A stretch of DNA of 47,080 nucleotides, taken from positions 1-47,080 of the forward strand of contig JAQVEZ010000004.1 in assembly GCA_028697455.1 (NCBI GenBank), given 5' to 3'. The position numbers and the translations under genes are program-made. The DNA comes from Minisyncoccota bacterium. Lineage in GTDB: Bacteria; Patescibacteriota; Minisyncoccia; Phycocordibacterales; UBA1006. Every line of letters begins with the position of its first letter. The first letter of the stretch is position 1. This document shows positions 1 to 8,597 of this stretch, one piece after another. The notes beneath the pieces were generated by a model. It made no database searches and was not told where the DNA came from. It worked only from the letters and a program-made list of their open reading frames with translations.

Positions 1-1316
1 CCAAAATACTTACAAGCAGCGGTAGCATAGCTTGCACGATTTACTTCTGTAACAGGAGTCCCCGATGCACCAAGATCTCTGGCATAAATTGCTGCTGCCA
101 TCACAGCATGTTTTGGATCCCAAGGATTTGCAACCGCAACTCCAAGATTACTTCGAACACGCGCTTCTACCAATACCCAGGTACTTGGAATAAACTGGGT
201 ATACCCCATAGCTCCTCCGTATCCTCTTCCTTGATAATATTTGGTAGCAGTTCCTACTCTAAGCATATCAATGGGACAAGACACTGGGGTTTTTTGCCAA
301 TCAAGTCCCAGATTTTTGGTAATCACTCCAAAATGAGGAAGACTTCCTGTTCCCATCACCTTTTCGTAAAAAGCTCCCGTATTAATTCCCTTTCCATCTC
401 CTGTTGTGAGATCCGTGATATAACACCCTCCAACATTTTGTCCGAGTCCAGTTTCCTGTTGCATAATGGCAATGAGAAAAGCCGCACTTACTCCTGTTTT
501 TTGTTCAGCAAATTTTGCAAAATCATACGCCTCTCCAAAGGAAATTGGCTTACTATTAATTCCACTCCCTTGGAATTTAATCATTTCTGCTCGGATCTTT
601 TTAATCTCTTCTTCGTGAGCTTTTTTAAGTTGTTCATATCCTGCGGAGGTCTGCTTACTTATAGAAAGGGCCGTATCTCTGTCTTTCTTTTGTGTTTCTA
701 TTTTGTTTTTTTCAAGCTGAAGAGCATATTTTGCATCATCTTCTTCTTTTTGCTTCATTTCAAGATACTCTTTTTCTCCATAGATATCTTTTTTGAGACT
801 TTCAATGGCGGAAAAGGTATCAGAAAGTGAGTTCTGGACTGATGAATAGGACGAGAGATCCTGATAAAAGTCAGAAATCTGTTCCGAAGAAAGAATCAGC
901 TCCAAAATAGTCGCATCAGAAACCTGATCTCTTTGTCGAATAATATCGGCAAGGGATTCTTTATCTCGTTTGAGTTTCTTGTTCAACTCCTCAATGGTTT
1001 CTTGTTTCCCTGTTATTTCTCCCTTGAGGTTTTGAATCAGTTTGTTTTTTCGGTTAATTTCTGCAGACGTTTGCTGAATATTTGAATTAAGCTTGCTTAT
1101 CTCTGTGGTGAGCTTCTGTTGGTTTTGGTTTTCACTCTTGATATTTCCTTCGAGTTTTTTGATTTCTTTTTCAAGTTCATCAAGTCTTTTTTTACAATCT
1201 GCTTCTTTTTCTTGTTGATTACACTGGTTAACGTCAAAAGCATTTGCCTTATCCGACGTAAGAACAAATGAGCCGAGAGCAACGAGTATTACTAAGTACA
1301 AAAAACCTTGTTTCAT
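1..1316 (-). CDS. Secreted coiled-coil protein with C-terminal lytic murein transglycosylase (SLT/MltB-like) domain; partial, runs off the left edge
   Basis: Not in the ORF track. Manual translation from ATG 1316 gives MKQGFLYLVILVALGSFVLTSDKANAF (signal peptide), a long E/K/Q coiled coil, then IMQQETGLG (catalytic Glu) and GYGGAMGYTQFIPSTW, with the frame open to base 1 (...ACKYFG). Confidence 0.85.
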   Translation of the reverse strand, partial: MKQGFLYLVILVALGSFVLTSDKANAFDVNQCNQQEKEADCKKRLDELEKEIKKLEGNIKSENQNQQKLTTEISKLNSNIQQTSAEINRKNKLIQNLKGEITGKQETIEELNKKLKRDKESLADIIRQRDQVSDATILELILSSEQISDFYQDLSSYSSVQNSLSDTFSAIESLKKDIYGEKEYLEMKQKEEDDAKYALQLEKNKIETQKKDRDTALSISKQTSAGYEQLKKAHEEEIKKIRAEMIKFQGSGINSKPISFGEAYDFAKFAEQKTGVSAAFLIAIMQQETGLGQNVGGCYITDLTTGDGKGINTGAFYEKVMGTGSLPHFGVITKNLGLDWQKTPVSCPIDMLRVGTATKYYQGRGYGGAMGYTQFIPSTWVLVEARVRSNLGVAVANPWDPKHAVMAAAIYARDLGASGTPVTEVNRASYATAACKYF

Positions 1317-1366
1317 ATACAGGAATTATATCAAAATTAAAAAAACAAGGAAATTTTTCCTCGTTT

Positions 1367-1648
1367 TTAGCCTTGAATAAGAAAATCAATGTGGAGAATA
1401 TTCCCAGAAACAACATGAACTTGCATATCCTTCATAATAACCGTATAACTTTCTCCTCCCTCAACTTTAATGTGGAATGGTTCTGTATCTCGAACATCTC
1501 GCCATAAAGAACGAACTTCATTTTCCTTTACTGCGACCAAAATGTTCGCTACCCCCTTTCCATAAATCACAGCAGGAACATTTCCTTTCTCTCGAAGAAA
1601 CTCATTTGACTCTGATAATTCTCGTTTAAGCGCATTTAAACTTTTCAT
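1367..1648 (-). CDS. rplY: 50S ribosomal protein L25, short single-domain form
   Basis: LREKGNVPAVIYG and KDMQVHVVSGNILHIDF match L25 motifs; 93 aa, no CTC extension. Confidence 0.9.
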   Translation of the reverse strand: MKSLNALKRELSESNEFLREKGNVPAVIYGKGVANILVAVKENEVRSLWRDVRDTEPFHIKVEGGESYTVIMKDMQVHVVSGNILHIDFLIQG

Positions 1649-1712
1649 ATCTTGGCATTATAGAGAAATTGTTAAAAAACGCAAGTTTTCGCCACAAAAA
1701 GTGTTTTTGTTA

Positions 1713-1740
1713 TTGACAAATATGTTATTTTTGCTATGAT
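1713..1740 (+). promoter_or_regulatory. Consensus sigma70 promoter with no downstream plus-strand gene
   Basis: TTGACA (1713-1718), 16-nt spacer, TGc-TATGAT (1735-1740). Confidence 0.55.
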
Positions 1741-1761
1741 TACTTCAAACAATTTAAAATC

Positions 1762-1795
1762 AAAAGCCGAATTACATACTTGTAATTCGGCTTTT
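1762..1795. terminator. Bidirectional intrinsic terminator at the 3' end of pheT
   Basis: Perfect 15-bp inverted repeat AAAAGCCGAATTACA-TACT-TGTAATTCGGCTTTT. Confidence 0.8.
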
Positions 1796-3710
1796 ATCGT
1801 ATCTCAGCTCCTAATTGTTCAAGCTTTTGAATAATAAGATTCATATCGTTATTGATATCATCATCGCTTAAGGTTTTTTCATCTGATTGAAATACCAACG
1901 AGAACGCATATGAAACTCTTCCTTCTTTTTCAAATTGATCAAAGAGAAAAATTTTCTTTAGATAATGTACATCAGTACCTTTTATAATCTTTTCATATTT
2001 ATCAGCTCCTATTTCCGTATTGGGTGACCAAAAGGACACATCACGAACACTAAAAGGATACGCCGATACATGATGGTAATAAGAAGACTCAGAATAACTT
2101 GTATCATCAAAAGTAGAACCATACTCCTTAGAACTCGTGAGAATATCATTCAAACGAAAAACCAAGAAATTCCCTTTTTCAATTCGCGCTGATAAGGAAA
2201 CCTTAAATTTTTCTTCTATTTGGGTGATGAGACTTTCTAGTTGGACGGTTTCAGCTCCGTATTTTTTATTTGCTTGTTTGTCTTTGTTTTTTACAGCAAC
2301 AAGGCACTCGGTATATTCTCCCTCTTTGGTATATACTCGTCCAATTTCAAAAGTTCTCAAAATATCAGCGCCAAAGAAATCAAGATAATGAAGATTTTTT
2401 TCTAGGGCTTCTTCGTTAAGCGACAGAAGATTTTTTCGAAGTGCCTTTTTATCAGAAGCAAGGGGATTATATAACTCGACCTCTCCCTTATTAACGAAAC
2501 TATAGCTCTTGAGTTCGGTATATCCAGCATGTATCAAAAGATTCTTTAATTCGTTCTCAACAAAACTCAGCTGGTGTAATTCGGGTTCAAAAGAATAATC
2601 TTCGAGACCTTGTACTGGAATATTGTGGTATCCATAAAGTCGCCCCACTTCTTCAATAAGGTCTTCTTTGATAATGAGATCTTTCCGTTCAAGAGGAATT
2701 TTTACTCGGAAACTCTTTTTGTCTAGAGAATAAACAAAAGCCAAGCGGTCAAAAATATCAAGAACTTCTTTTTCTGTAATTTTAAGCCCTAAAAGGTTTT
2801 GTATATCAGAAAGAGAACATTCAATCTCTCGTTCTGTTTCTTTGTTTGGGTAGATATCCGTAACAGCCCCCAGATTTTTAAGTTTGTGGATATCAGAGAC
2901 AAGCATAGAAAGAGCTTCCATCCCTTTTTCAACATAGAGAGAAGAAATTCCGTTTTCATATCGTTTTGAAGCATCGGTAAAAAGCTTCAACCGTCGCGCT
3001 GTCTTGCGCACGGTCACCGAATCAAAATTTGCAACTTCAAGAAGAATGTTTTTGGTTTCGCGAGTAACTTCTGCCTTGGTTCCTCCCTTGATCCCTGCAA
3101 GAGCCAAGACCCCTTCATCATCAGCAATCACAAGATCCGTTGAAGAAAGAACGTACTCCTCATCAGAACTGAGAAGAAAAACTTTCTCCCCTTCCTCTGC
3201 ATTGCGCACCGTAATTCCTCCTACAATTTTATCAGTATCAAAAACATGCGTTGGTTGCCCTATATCAAAAAGCACAAAGTTTGTCGCATCAACAACCGAG
3301 TTGATACTTTTCTGCCCGAGGGTATTCAAGGATTCTGCAAGCCACTCTGGAGAATCAGTAATATTAATATTTTGTATGAGGCGAGCACTGTAACGCAAAC
3401 ATGCTTTTTTGTTGAGAATTTTTACAGGAAAAGAACTTTCTGTATCAAAAGTAATCCCATCAGGGTATTGGTAGGTCATCGGTATAAAGCTATTTCCTGT
3501 AACAGCTGCGTATTCTCGTGCGATTCCTTGATGCCCCAAACAATCATGTGCTCGATTAGGGAGCACGTCGATATCAATAACGCTATCTCCATTTTTTTCT
3601 TCGATTCCTTCTATTTCAAAACTATGAAGTAACAAGCTCTCGGCAATTACTTCGGCTTTGGGGAGTTTTTGTTCAATATGTCGTTGTAACCAATTTCGTG
3701 AAATAAGCAT
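1794..3710 (-). CDS. pheT: Phenylalanine--tRNA ligase beta subunit, shortened (no B2 OB-fold insert)
   Basis: MLISRNWL N-terminus, DIDVLPNRAHDCL, B3/4 motifs (VVDATNFV, GQPTHVFD, LFTDASKRYE) and C-terminal FDX-ACB domain (RDVSF...SYAFSLVFQSDEKTL). Confidence 0.95.
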   Translation of the reverse strand: MLISRNWLQRHIEQKLPKAEVIAESLLLHSFEIEGIEEKNGDSVIDIDVLPNRAHDCLGHQGIAREYAAVTGNSFIPMTYQYPDGITFDTESSFPVKILNKKACLRYSARLIQNINITDSPEWLAESLNTLGQKSINSVVDATNFVLFDIGQPTHVFDTDKIVGGITVRNAEEGEKVFLLSSDEEYVLSSTDLVIADDEGVLALAGIKGGTKAEVTRETKNILLEVANFDSVTVRKTARRLKLFTDASKRYENGISSLYVEKGMEALSMLVSDIHKLKNLGAVTDIYPNKETEREIECSLSDIQNLLGLKITEKEVLDIFDRLAFVYSLDKKSFRVKIPLERKDLIIKEDLIEEVGRLYGYHNIPVQGLEDYSFEPELHQLSFVENELKNLLIHAGYTELKSYSFVNKGEVELYNPLASDKKALRKNLLSLNEEALEKNLHYLDFFGADILRTFEIGRVYTKEGEYTECLVAVKNKDKQANKKYGAETVQLESLITQIEEKFKVSLSARIEKGNFLVFRLNDILTSSKEYGSTFDDTSYSESSYYHHVSAYPFSVRDVSFWSPNTEIGADKYEKIIKGTDVHYLKKIFLFDQFEKEGRVSYAFSLVFQSDEKTLSDDDINNDMNLIIQKLEQLGAEIR

Positions 3711-3715
3711 ATGTT

Positions 3716-4438
3716 TTATTGTGTATCATCAGCGTGCAAAGCATCGTGAAGTCTCATATCCGCTTGATACAAGAGACGAATATCGTCAATGTTGTATTTC
3801 ATCATGGTAAGTCGATCAACACCAACACCAAAAGCAAAACCAGAATATTTTTCTGGATCAATACCAACATTTTTTAGAACATTTGGGTGTACCATTCCTG
3901 CACCAAGGACTTCCATCCAGGTGTCTCCAAATTTCAAATCAATTTCAATTCCTGGCTCCACAAAAGGAAAATACCCAGGACGAAAACGAAACTCTATCGG
4001 TCTCCCATAATAACTGTGAAGAAAAGTTTCGAGGGTTCCTTTCAGGTGAGCGAGACTTATCCCTTCACCAACGACAAGTCCCTCTACCTGAAAAAACTGT
4101 GCCTCGTGCGTTCGGTCAGTCGCTTCCTGTCGAAACACCTGCCCTGGAACAATAATTTTGAAAGGAGGTTTCTTTCCAGCCTTTACATATTCTTCCATAA
4201 AACGAATTTGTACCGATGAGGTATGCGTTCGTAAGACTGTCTTTTCTTTTCCTCGAATAAAAAAAGTATCCTGCATATCTCGCGCAGGATGATCCTGAGG
4301 AACATTCAAAGCATCAAAATTATGCCATTCATCCTCAATGTGAGGGCCGTCAGCAATCTGAAATCCCATATCAACAAAAATCTTACTGATAGTTCGTATG
4401 GTCTGAGAAAGTGGATGAAGTTTTCCTCTTGTGTTCAT
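3716..4438 (-). CDS. pheS: Phenylalanine--tRNA ligase alpha subunit, lacking the N-terminal coiled coil
   Basis: GKLHPL, NFDALNVPQDHPARDMQDTF, LRTHTS, FRPGYFPFVEP, GFAFGVGVDRL. Confidence 0.97.
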   Translation of the reverse strand: MNTRGKLHPLSQTIRTISKIFVDMGFQIADGPHIEDEWHNFDALNVPQDHPARDMQDTFFIRGKEKTVLRTHTSSVQIRFMEEYVKAGKKPPFKIIVPGQVFRQEATDRTHEAQFFQVEGLVVGEGISLAHLKGTLETFLHSYYGRPIEFRFRPGYFPFVEPGIEIDLKFGDTWMEVLGAGMVHPNVLKNVGIDPEKYSGFAFGVGVDRLTMMKYNIDDIRLLYQADMRLHDALHADDTQ

Positions 4439-4542
4439 AGTTTCTAGTGTAGCCTAAACAAAAGGCTTTGTTAACCCTCAAAAATAAGTTGACATATTAC
4501 CATGAATATGATAGTATATATATGAACTTAAAATTTAAAAGT

Positions 4543-4725
4543 ATGAAAAAGACAATTTTTGGGGCCATCCTCCTGGTGGTCCTCTTATCTCTATTTGCAA
4601 TAGGGATAAGCCTTGGAACAGTTTGGGGAGCCACCCTAATTCTTCTCTCTCTGGGAGGTTTTTATCTCCTGAGAAAGAACCAAGAGGTGATAAACTTCTT
4701 GGAGGAGCTCTCCGAGGGATTATGA
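4543..4725 (+). CDS. Small two-TM membrane protein (60 aa)
   Basis: MKKTIFGAILLVVLLSLFAIG...; upstream TTGACA-17-TAGTAT promoter and downstream terminator hairpin at 4737-4765. Start re-chosen downstream of the promoter. Confidence 0.6.
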   Translation: MKKTIFGAILLVVLLSLFAIGISLGTVWGATLILLSLGGFYLLRKNQEVINFLEELSEGL

Positions 4726-4736
4726 AAATACAAAAC

Positions 4737-4765
4737 AAAAAGCGAGCTTTATGCTTGCTTTTTTT
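4737..4765. terminator. Bidirectional terminator between the small membrane gene and gatB
   Basis: AAAAAGCGAGC-TTTAT-GCTTGCTTTTTTT between convergent stops. Confidence 0.7.
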
Positions 4766-6182
4766 ATAATAATTCCAAGAAAAGTTCTTTGAGAATTTCT
4801 GGATTTGCAGAACCTTTTGTTTCTTTCATCCCCTGCCCTACAAAATACTGGATAAGAGTTTCTTTTCCTGATTGATAATCAGCAACTTGAGTTGGGTTGT
4901 TTTCAATAATCTTTTGAACAATAATTTTGAGAGCTTCTGTGTCGTTTTGCTGAAGAAGTCCTTTCTCTTTGGCAATCATCATTGGATCTTTTTGATCAAA
5001 AACAACATCAGGCAAAATATCTTTCGCTCCGCGGGAGTTCAAATCTCCCGCCTGGATCATTTGAATAAGGCTCGCAAAATTTTCTGGGTTGAGATTTTCT
5101 AACAGAGCATTTCTCTCTTCTTCCTCCTTCTCCTTAAGGAGTCCAACGAGATCAGAGCTTATATAGTTTGAAAGAATTTGATAGGAATCCTGTGATACTT
5201 TTTTGGCTACTTTTTCAAAAAAATGAGCATATTCAAAATTATGAATATAAAACTCAATATCATCACCCTTGATCCGATATTCTTTTGCAAGACGTTCTCG
5301 TTTTGCTCGAGGAAGTTCTGGGAGTTCTGACGTTATTTCTTCAAGATTAAAGAGCTCATGAAGATAGAGTTTCGGTAAATCAGGCTCAGGAAAATAGCGG
5401 TAATCTTTTGCATCTTCTTTTGAACGCTGTGAGAAGGTTTCTTGTTTTTGATCATGCCAACCACGAGTTTCCTGAGCAATAGTTCCTCCAGATTCAAGAA
5501 TCTCAATTTGTCGTGCAATTTCATATTCGGTTGCTTTCCCTGCAGCAGAAATTGAACCAATGTTTTTTACTTCAACCTTTGTTCCTAATTGATCCGTCTT
5601 TGAAACTGAAAGATTTACCTCAACACGCATTTCTCCTTTTTCAATATTAGCGTCACTCGCCCCAAGATAACGGAGTAAAAGCTGCAACTCTCGTGCAAAA
5701 GTAACCACGTCTTCAGCGCTGTGAAGAACAGGCTCTGTCACAAGCTCCATCAAAGGAGCTCCTGCTCGGTTAAAATCAAGAAGTGAGTAAGTATCAAAAT
5801 GTTTTGAGGTTGCTGTGTCCTCTTCGAGGTGAATTCGAGTAAGCTTAAAGCCAGCAAGTTCTCCTCCTGAAACCACGGGATATTTATATTGAGAAATCTG
5901 ATATCCTTTTGGAATATCTGGATAAAAATAATTTTTTCGATCAAACTCAGTAAAATTTGCAATATCTCCTCCGACGGCAAGCCCTATGCGAACCATATGT
6001 TCAAGGGCTTTTTTGTTAATAGTTGGGAGAGTTCCTGGGTGAGCAAGATCAATTGGAGAGATGTTTGTATTTGGTTCTGCGTGAAAGGGGTTGTTAGGAG
6101 AAGACGAAAACATTTTTGTTTTTGTCTTGAGGTGTGCATGTATCTCGAGACCTATTGTTACCGTGTAGCCTTGGTGTTCCAT
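4764..6182 (-). CDS. gatB: Asp/Glu-tRNA amidotransferase subunit B
   Basis: TIGLEIHAHL, FDRKNYFYPDIPKGYQISQ, HLEEDTA, DFNRAGAPLMELVTEP, YRYFPEPDLP. Start set at ATG 6182. Confidence 0.97.
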   Translation of the reverse strand: MEHQGYTVTIGLEIHAHLKTKTKMFSSSPNNPFHAEPNTNISPIDLAHPGTLPTINKKALEHMVRIGLAVGGDIANFTEFDRKNYFYPDIPKGYQISQYKYPVVSGGELAGFKLTRIHLEEDTATSKHFDTYSLLDFNRAGAPLMELVTEPVLHSAEDVVTFARELQLLLRYLGASDANIEKGEMRVEVNLSVSKTDQLGTKVEVKNIGSISAAGKATEYEIARQIEILESGGTIAQETRGWHDQKQETFSQRSKEDAKDYRYFPEPDLPKLYLHELFNLEEITSELPELPRAKRERLAKEYRIKGDDIEFYIHNFEYAHFFEKVAKKVSQDSYQILSNYISSDLVGLLKEKEEEERNALLENLNPENFASLIQMIQAGDLNSRGAKDILPDVVFDQKDPMMIAKEKGLLQQNDTEALKIIVQKIIENNPTQVADYQSGKETLIQYFVGQGMKETKGSANPEILKELFLELL

Positions 6183-6279
6183 ATAAAAGCTATTGTAAAC
6201 AAAGAAAAAGAAAAAACAAATACCCAAAGTATTGAAAAAGATAAAAAAATACGCTATGCTAAGAAAAAATAAGCTAGGT

Positions 6280-6564
6280 ATGAGTTTTAAGCTCTTTGTT
6301 CCAAAAGCTTGGGCACAGCAAGGAAAAATTGAAGTCGTTTTTTCAGAAAAAGAAACATTTCCTGAAATGATTTCAAAAGATAGTTATGAACATCAAGTCA
6401 TCTTGGACCGCGCTCGTGCTATCGGGATAACAGAATCCGTTTGGGAGAATAGTAAGGTTATCTTAAAGCTAAGCCCTCAGCAACTTGTTCATTTTATGAA
6501 CTTTGAGAAAATAAATAAAATGAAAGAAGAAATGATCCAACACTTTTGGAAAAGGATGGTCTAA
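6280..6564 (+). CDS. Hypothetical protein (94 aa)
   Basis: Open frame with TTGAAA-17-TATGCT promoter (6232-6260) upstream and a terminator at 6576-6603; no recognised motif. Confidence 0.6.
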   Translation: MSFKLFVPKAWAQQGKIEVVFSEKETFPEMISKDSYEHQVILDRARAIGITESVWENSKVILKLSPQQLVHFMNFEKINKMKEEMIQHFWKRMV

Positions 6565-6575
6565 CCACACAAAAC

Positions 6576-6603
6576 AAAAAGCCTCTTACACAGAGGCTTT
6601 TTT
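6576..6603. terminator. Bidirectional terminator
   Basis: AAAAAGCCTCT-TACAC-AGAGGCTTTTT between convergent genes. Confidence 0.8.
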
Positions 6604-7572
6604 ATCAAGGAATTTCCAAAGTTCTTTTTGAAAATCCTTAATACTCTCATTATCAAAAGCAGAGATAGTAAAAAGAAATTTGGAAGATATTTTTTGTTTA
6701 AACTCTTGAACAATTTTTTCAAGATCTTTTGTATCAAGAAGGTCGGCTTTAGTTAAAACGACAATTTCATCCTTGTCCAAAAGTGCTGGATCATAATTTT
6801 CAAGCTCTCGTCTTATCGTACGATAATCCTCCCACGGCTCAGGAGATTCAAGAGAAACAAGGTGCACCAAGGTCCGTGTTCTTTGGATATGTTTCAAAAA
6901 CTTATACCCAAGCCCTTTTCCTGATGAAGCTCCTCCAATAATTCCAGGAATATCCGCAAGAACATACGGACCCATTGCTCCCAAATGAGGATCTAGGGTG
7001 GTAAAATGATAGTCCCCTATTTTTGATTTCGCATTCGTAAGCTCGTTGAGCAGTGTTGATTTCCCAGCATTAGGAAACCCCACAAAACCAACATCAGCAA
7101 AAAGTTTAAGCTCTACGAGAAAATCAGCCTCCTCTCCTGGCTCTCCTGGTGTCCATTCATAAGGAGTCGTATTGGTTGAAGATTTGAAATATTCATTTCC
7201 TAAACCACCACGACCTCCTTTGAGGATACGCAACTTTTCGCCTACTTCGGCAAGCTCAAATTCTTCTCCTGTTGAGAGGTTTTTAATAACACTTCCACGA
7301 GGAAATTTAAGCACAAGATCATTCCCGTCTTTCCCTTCTCGGCTACGACTTCCGCCTGCTTCTCCATGTTCAGCCTGAAAATTCCGTGAACGTAAATAAA
7401 GACTCAAATAAGCAAGATCGGAAATAGCCTCAGCGTACACATCAGCCCCTCGCCCACCGTTTCCACCGTTAGGACCTCCTTTAGGTTGAAATTTTTCGCG
7501 ACGCCAACGAACAACGCCGTCTCCACCGTTTCCTGATTGAATATGAATTTGTACTTCATCAACTAATGCCAT
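6586..7572 (-). CDS. obgE: Obg family GTPase (ObgE/CgtA)
   Basis: GNGGDG, GPNGGNGGRG, GFPNAGKST, YHFTTL, DIPG, LTKAD. Confidence 0.97.
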   Translation of the reverse strand: MALVDEVQIHIQSGNGGDGVVRWRREKFQPKGGPNGGNGGRGADVYAEAISDLAYLSLYLRSRNFQAEHGEAGGSRSREGKDGNDLVLKFPRGSVIKNLSTGEEFELAEVGEKLRILKGGRGGLGNEYFKSSTNTTPYEWTPGEPGEEADFLVELKLFADVGFVGFPNAGKSTLLNELTNAKSKIGDYHFTTLDPHLGAMGPYVLADIPGIIGGASSGKGLGYKFLKHIQRTRTLVHLVSLESPEPWEDYRTIRRELENYDPALLDKDEIVVLTKADLLDTKDLEKIVQEFKQKISSKFLFTISAFDNESIKDFQKELWKFLDKKASV

Positions 7573-7626
7573 AGTAAGCAAAGTCTATTGTTTTCTTCTT
7601 TTTTTGCAAGGAAAGAATGCTCTTTA

Positions 7627-8550
7627 TTAATTTTCAAGAGCGCGTCGCGCAAGCTCCCAAGCCCCTTCTTTGGTTTCAGCAACCGCAAGAAATCGAGCGT
7701 TATGACAAAAGACCGCATCAGAAACTCCCGAAATTTGAGCCAATTCTGCTCCTTTCTTTCCTCCCCATTCAAGAGGAAATGATTTTCTATTTTCAAAAGA
7801 ACAAGGATTTTTTCTCATAGCAAGTGCTTTCCATTGGGTGTTGCTCTTTGAAACAATAAACATAATTTCTTTGTGTTTATCGAGTGCTTGGTTCAAAATA
7901 CCTGTTGTCACATGAAAAGGTATTTCAAGAATAACTTTTTCAGAAGAGTTTTCGTAAATTTCTTCAATCATACGAACCATTTCAATACGGTCAGACGATC
8001 GTTCGATTTCTCTTTTGAGAAGTTTCTTGAAAAAACGTACAAGAAAAAGAAAATTTTCTAATTGTTTGTCCGTTGCCCCTGCTTCTTTCCAAGTATTCTG
8101 GTAGGCACCAATAATTCCATAAAGTCCATAGTCACACACAGAAATATTTCGCGGCTCACTGATACTAATTCCGTTATCTATTGCATCGATAGGTTCAACA
8201 ATTCTTTTATCGATATCAATAACGATTTCTTGGCTCTTGCACAAAAGGGGTCCGAATTTTTTCCATACAAGACCAAAAGACGCATACGGAATACCTTCTC
8301 CATCCCGAGCTCCTGCCCCACCAATTTGATGGTGGTCAAAAAGATTTTTTTCAGGATTATACTCGCCACCAACATCAACGACAAAATCAGCTTTGTGAAT
8401 CTCAGCCTCATCTCGTGTTCGTATAATACGATAGCGTTCTCCCTTCTGCTCTAAAAAAAGCATCAGAGTCGCACAAGCAAAAATATCATCAGCGTGAAAA
8501 GACCCATTGTGAGTTACTATTATTTTTTTCTTTTTAAAAAGAGGAAACAT
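7627..8550 (-). CDS. MYG1-family (DHH) exonuclease/hydrolase
   Basis: IVTHNGSFHADD, VVDVGGEY, FDHHQ, PIDAIDNG, FCHNARF. Confidence 0.9.
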   Translation of the reverse strand: MFPLFKKKKIIVTHNGSFHADDIFACATLMLFLEQKGERYRIIRTRDEAEIHKADFVVDVGGEYNPEKNLFDHHQIGGAGARDGEGIPYASFGLVWKKFGPLLCKSQEIVIDIDKRIVEPIDAIDNGISISEPRNISVCDYGLYGIIGAYQNTWKEAGATDKQLENFLFLVRFFKKLLKREIERSSDRIEMVRMIEEIYENSSEKVILEIPFHVTTGILNQALDKHKEIMFIVSKSNTQWKALAMRKNPCSFENRKSFPLEWGGKKGAELAQISGVSDAVFCHNARFLAVAETKEGAWELARRALEN

Positions 8551-8597
8551 AATTTTAGTATAGCGTTTTTTTATATTCTCGCAAAAGAAAAACAGCC

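Noticed and set aside
108-830. 240-aa plus-strand ORF
   Set aside because: Antisense shadow of the minus-strand lytic transglycosylase, which has recognisable motifs.
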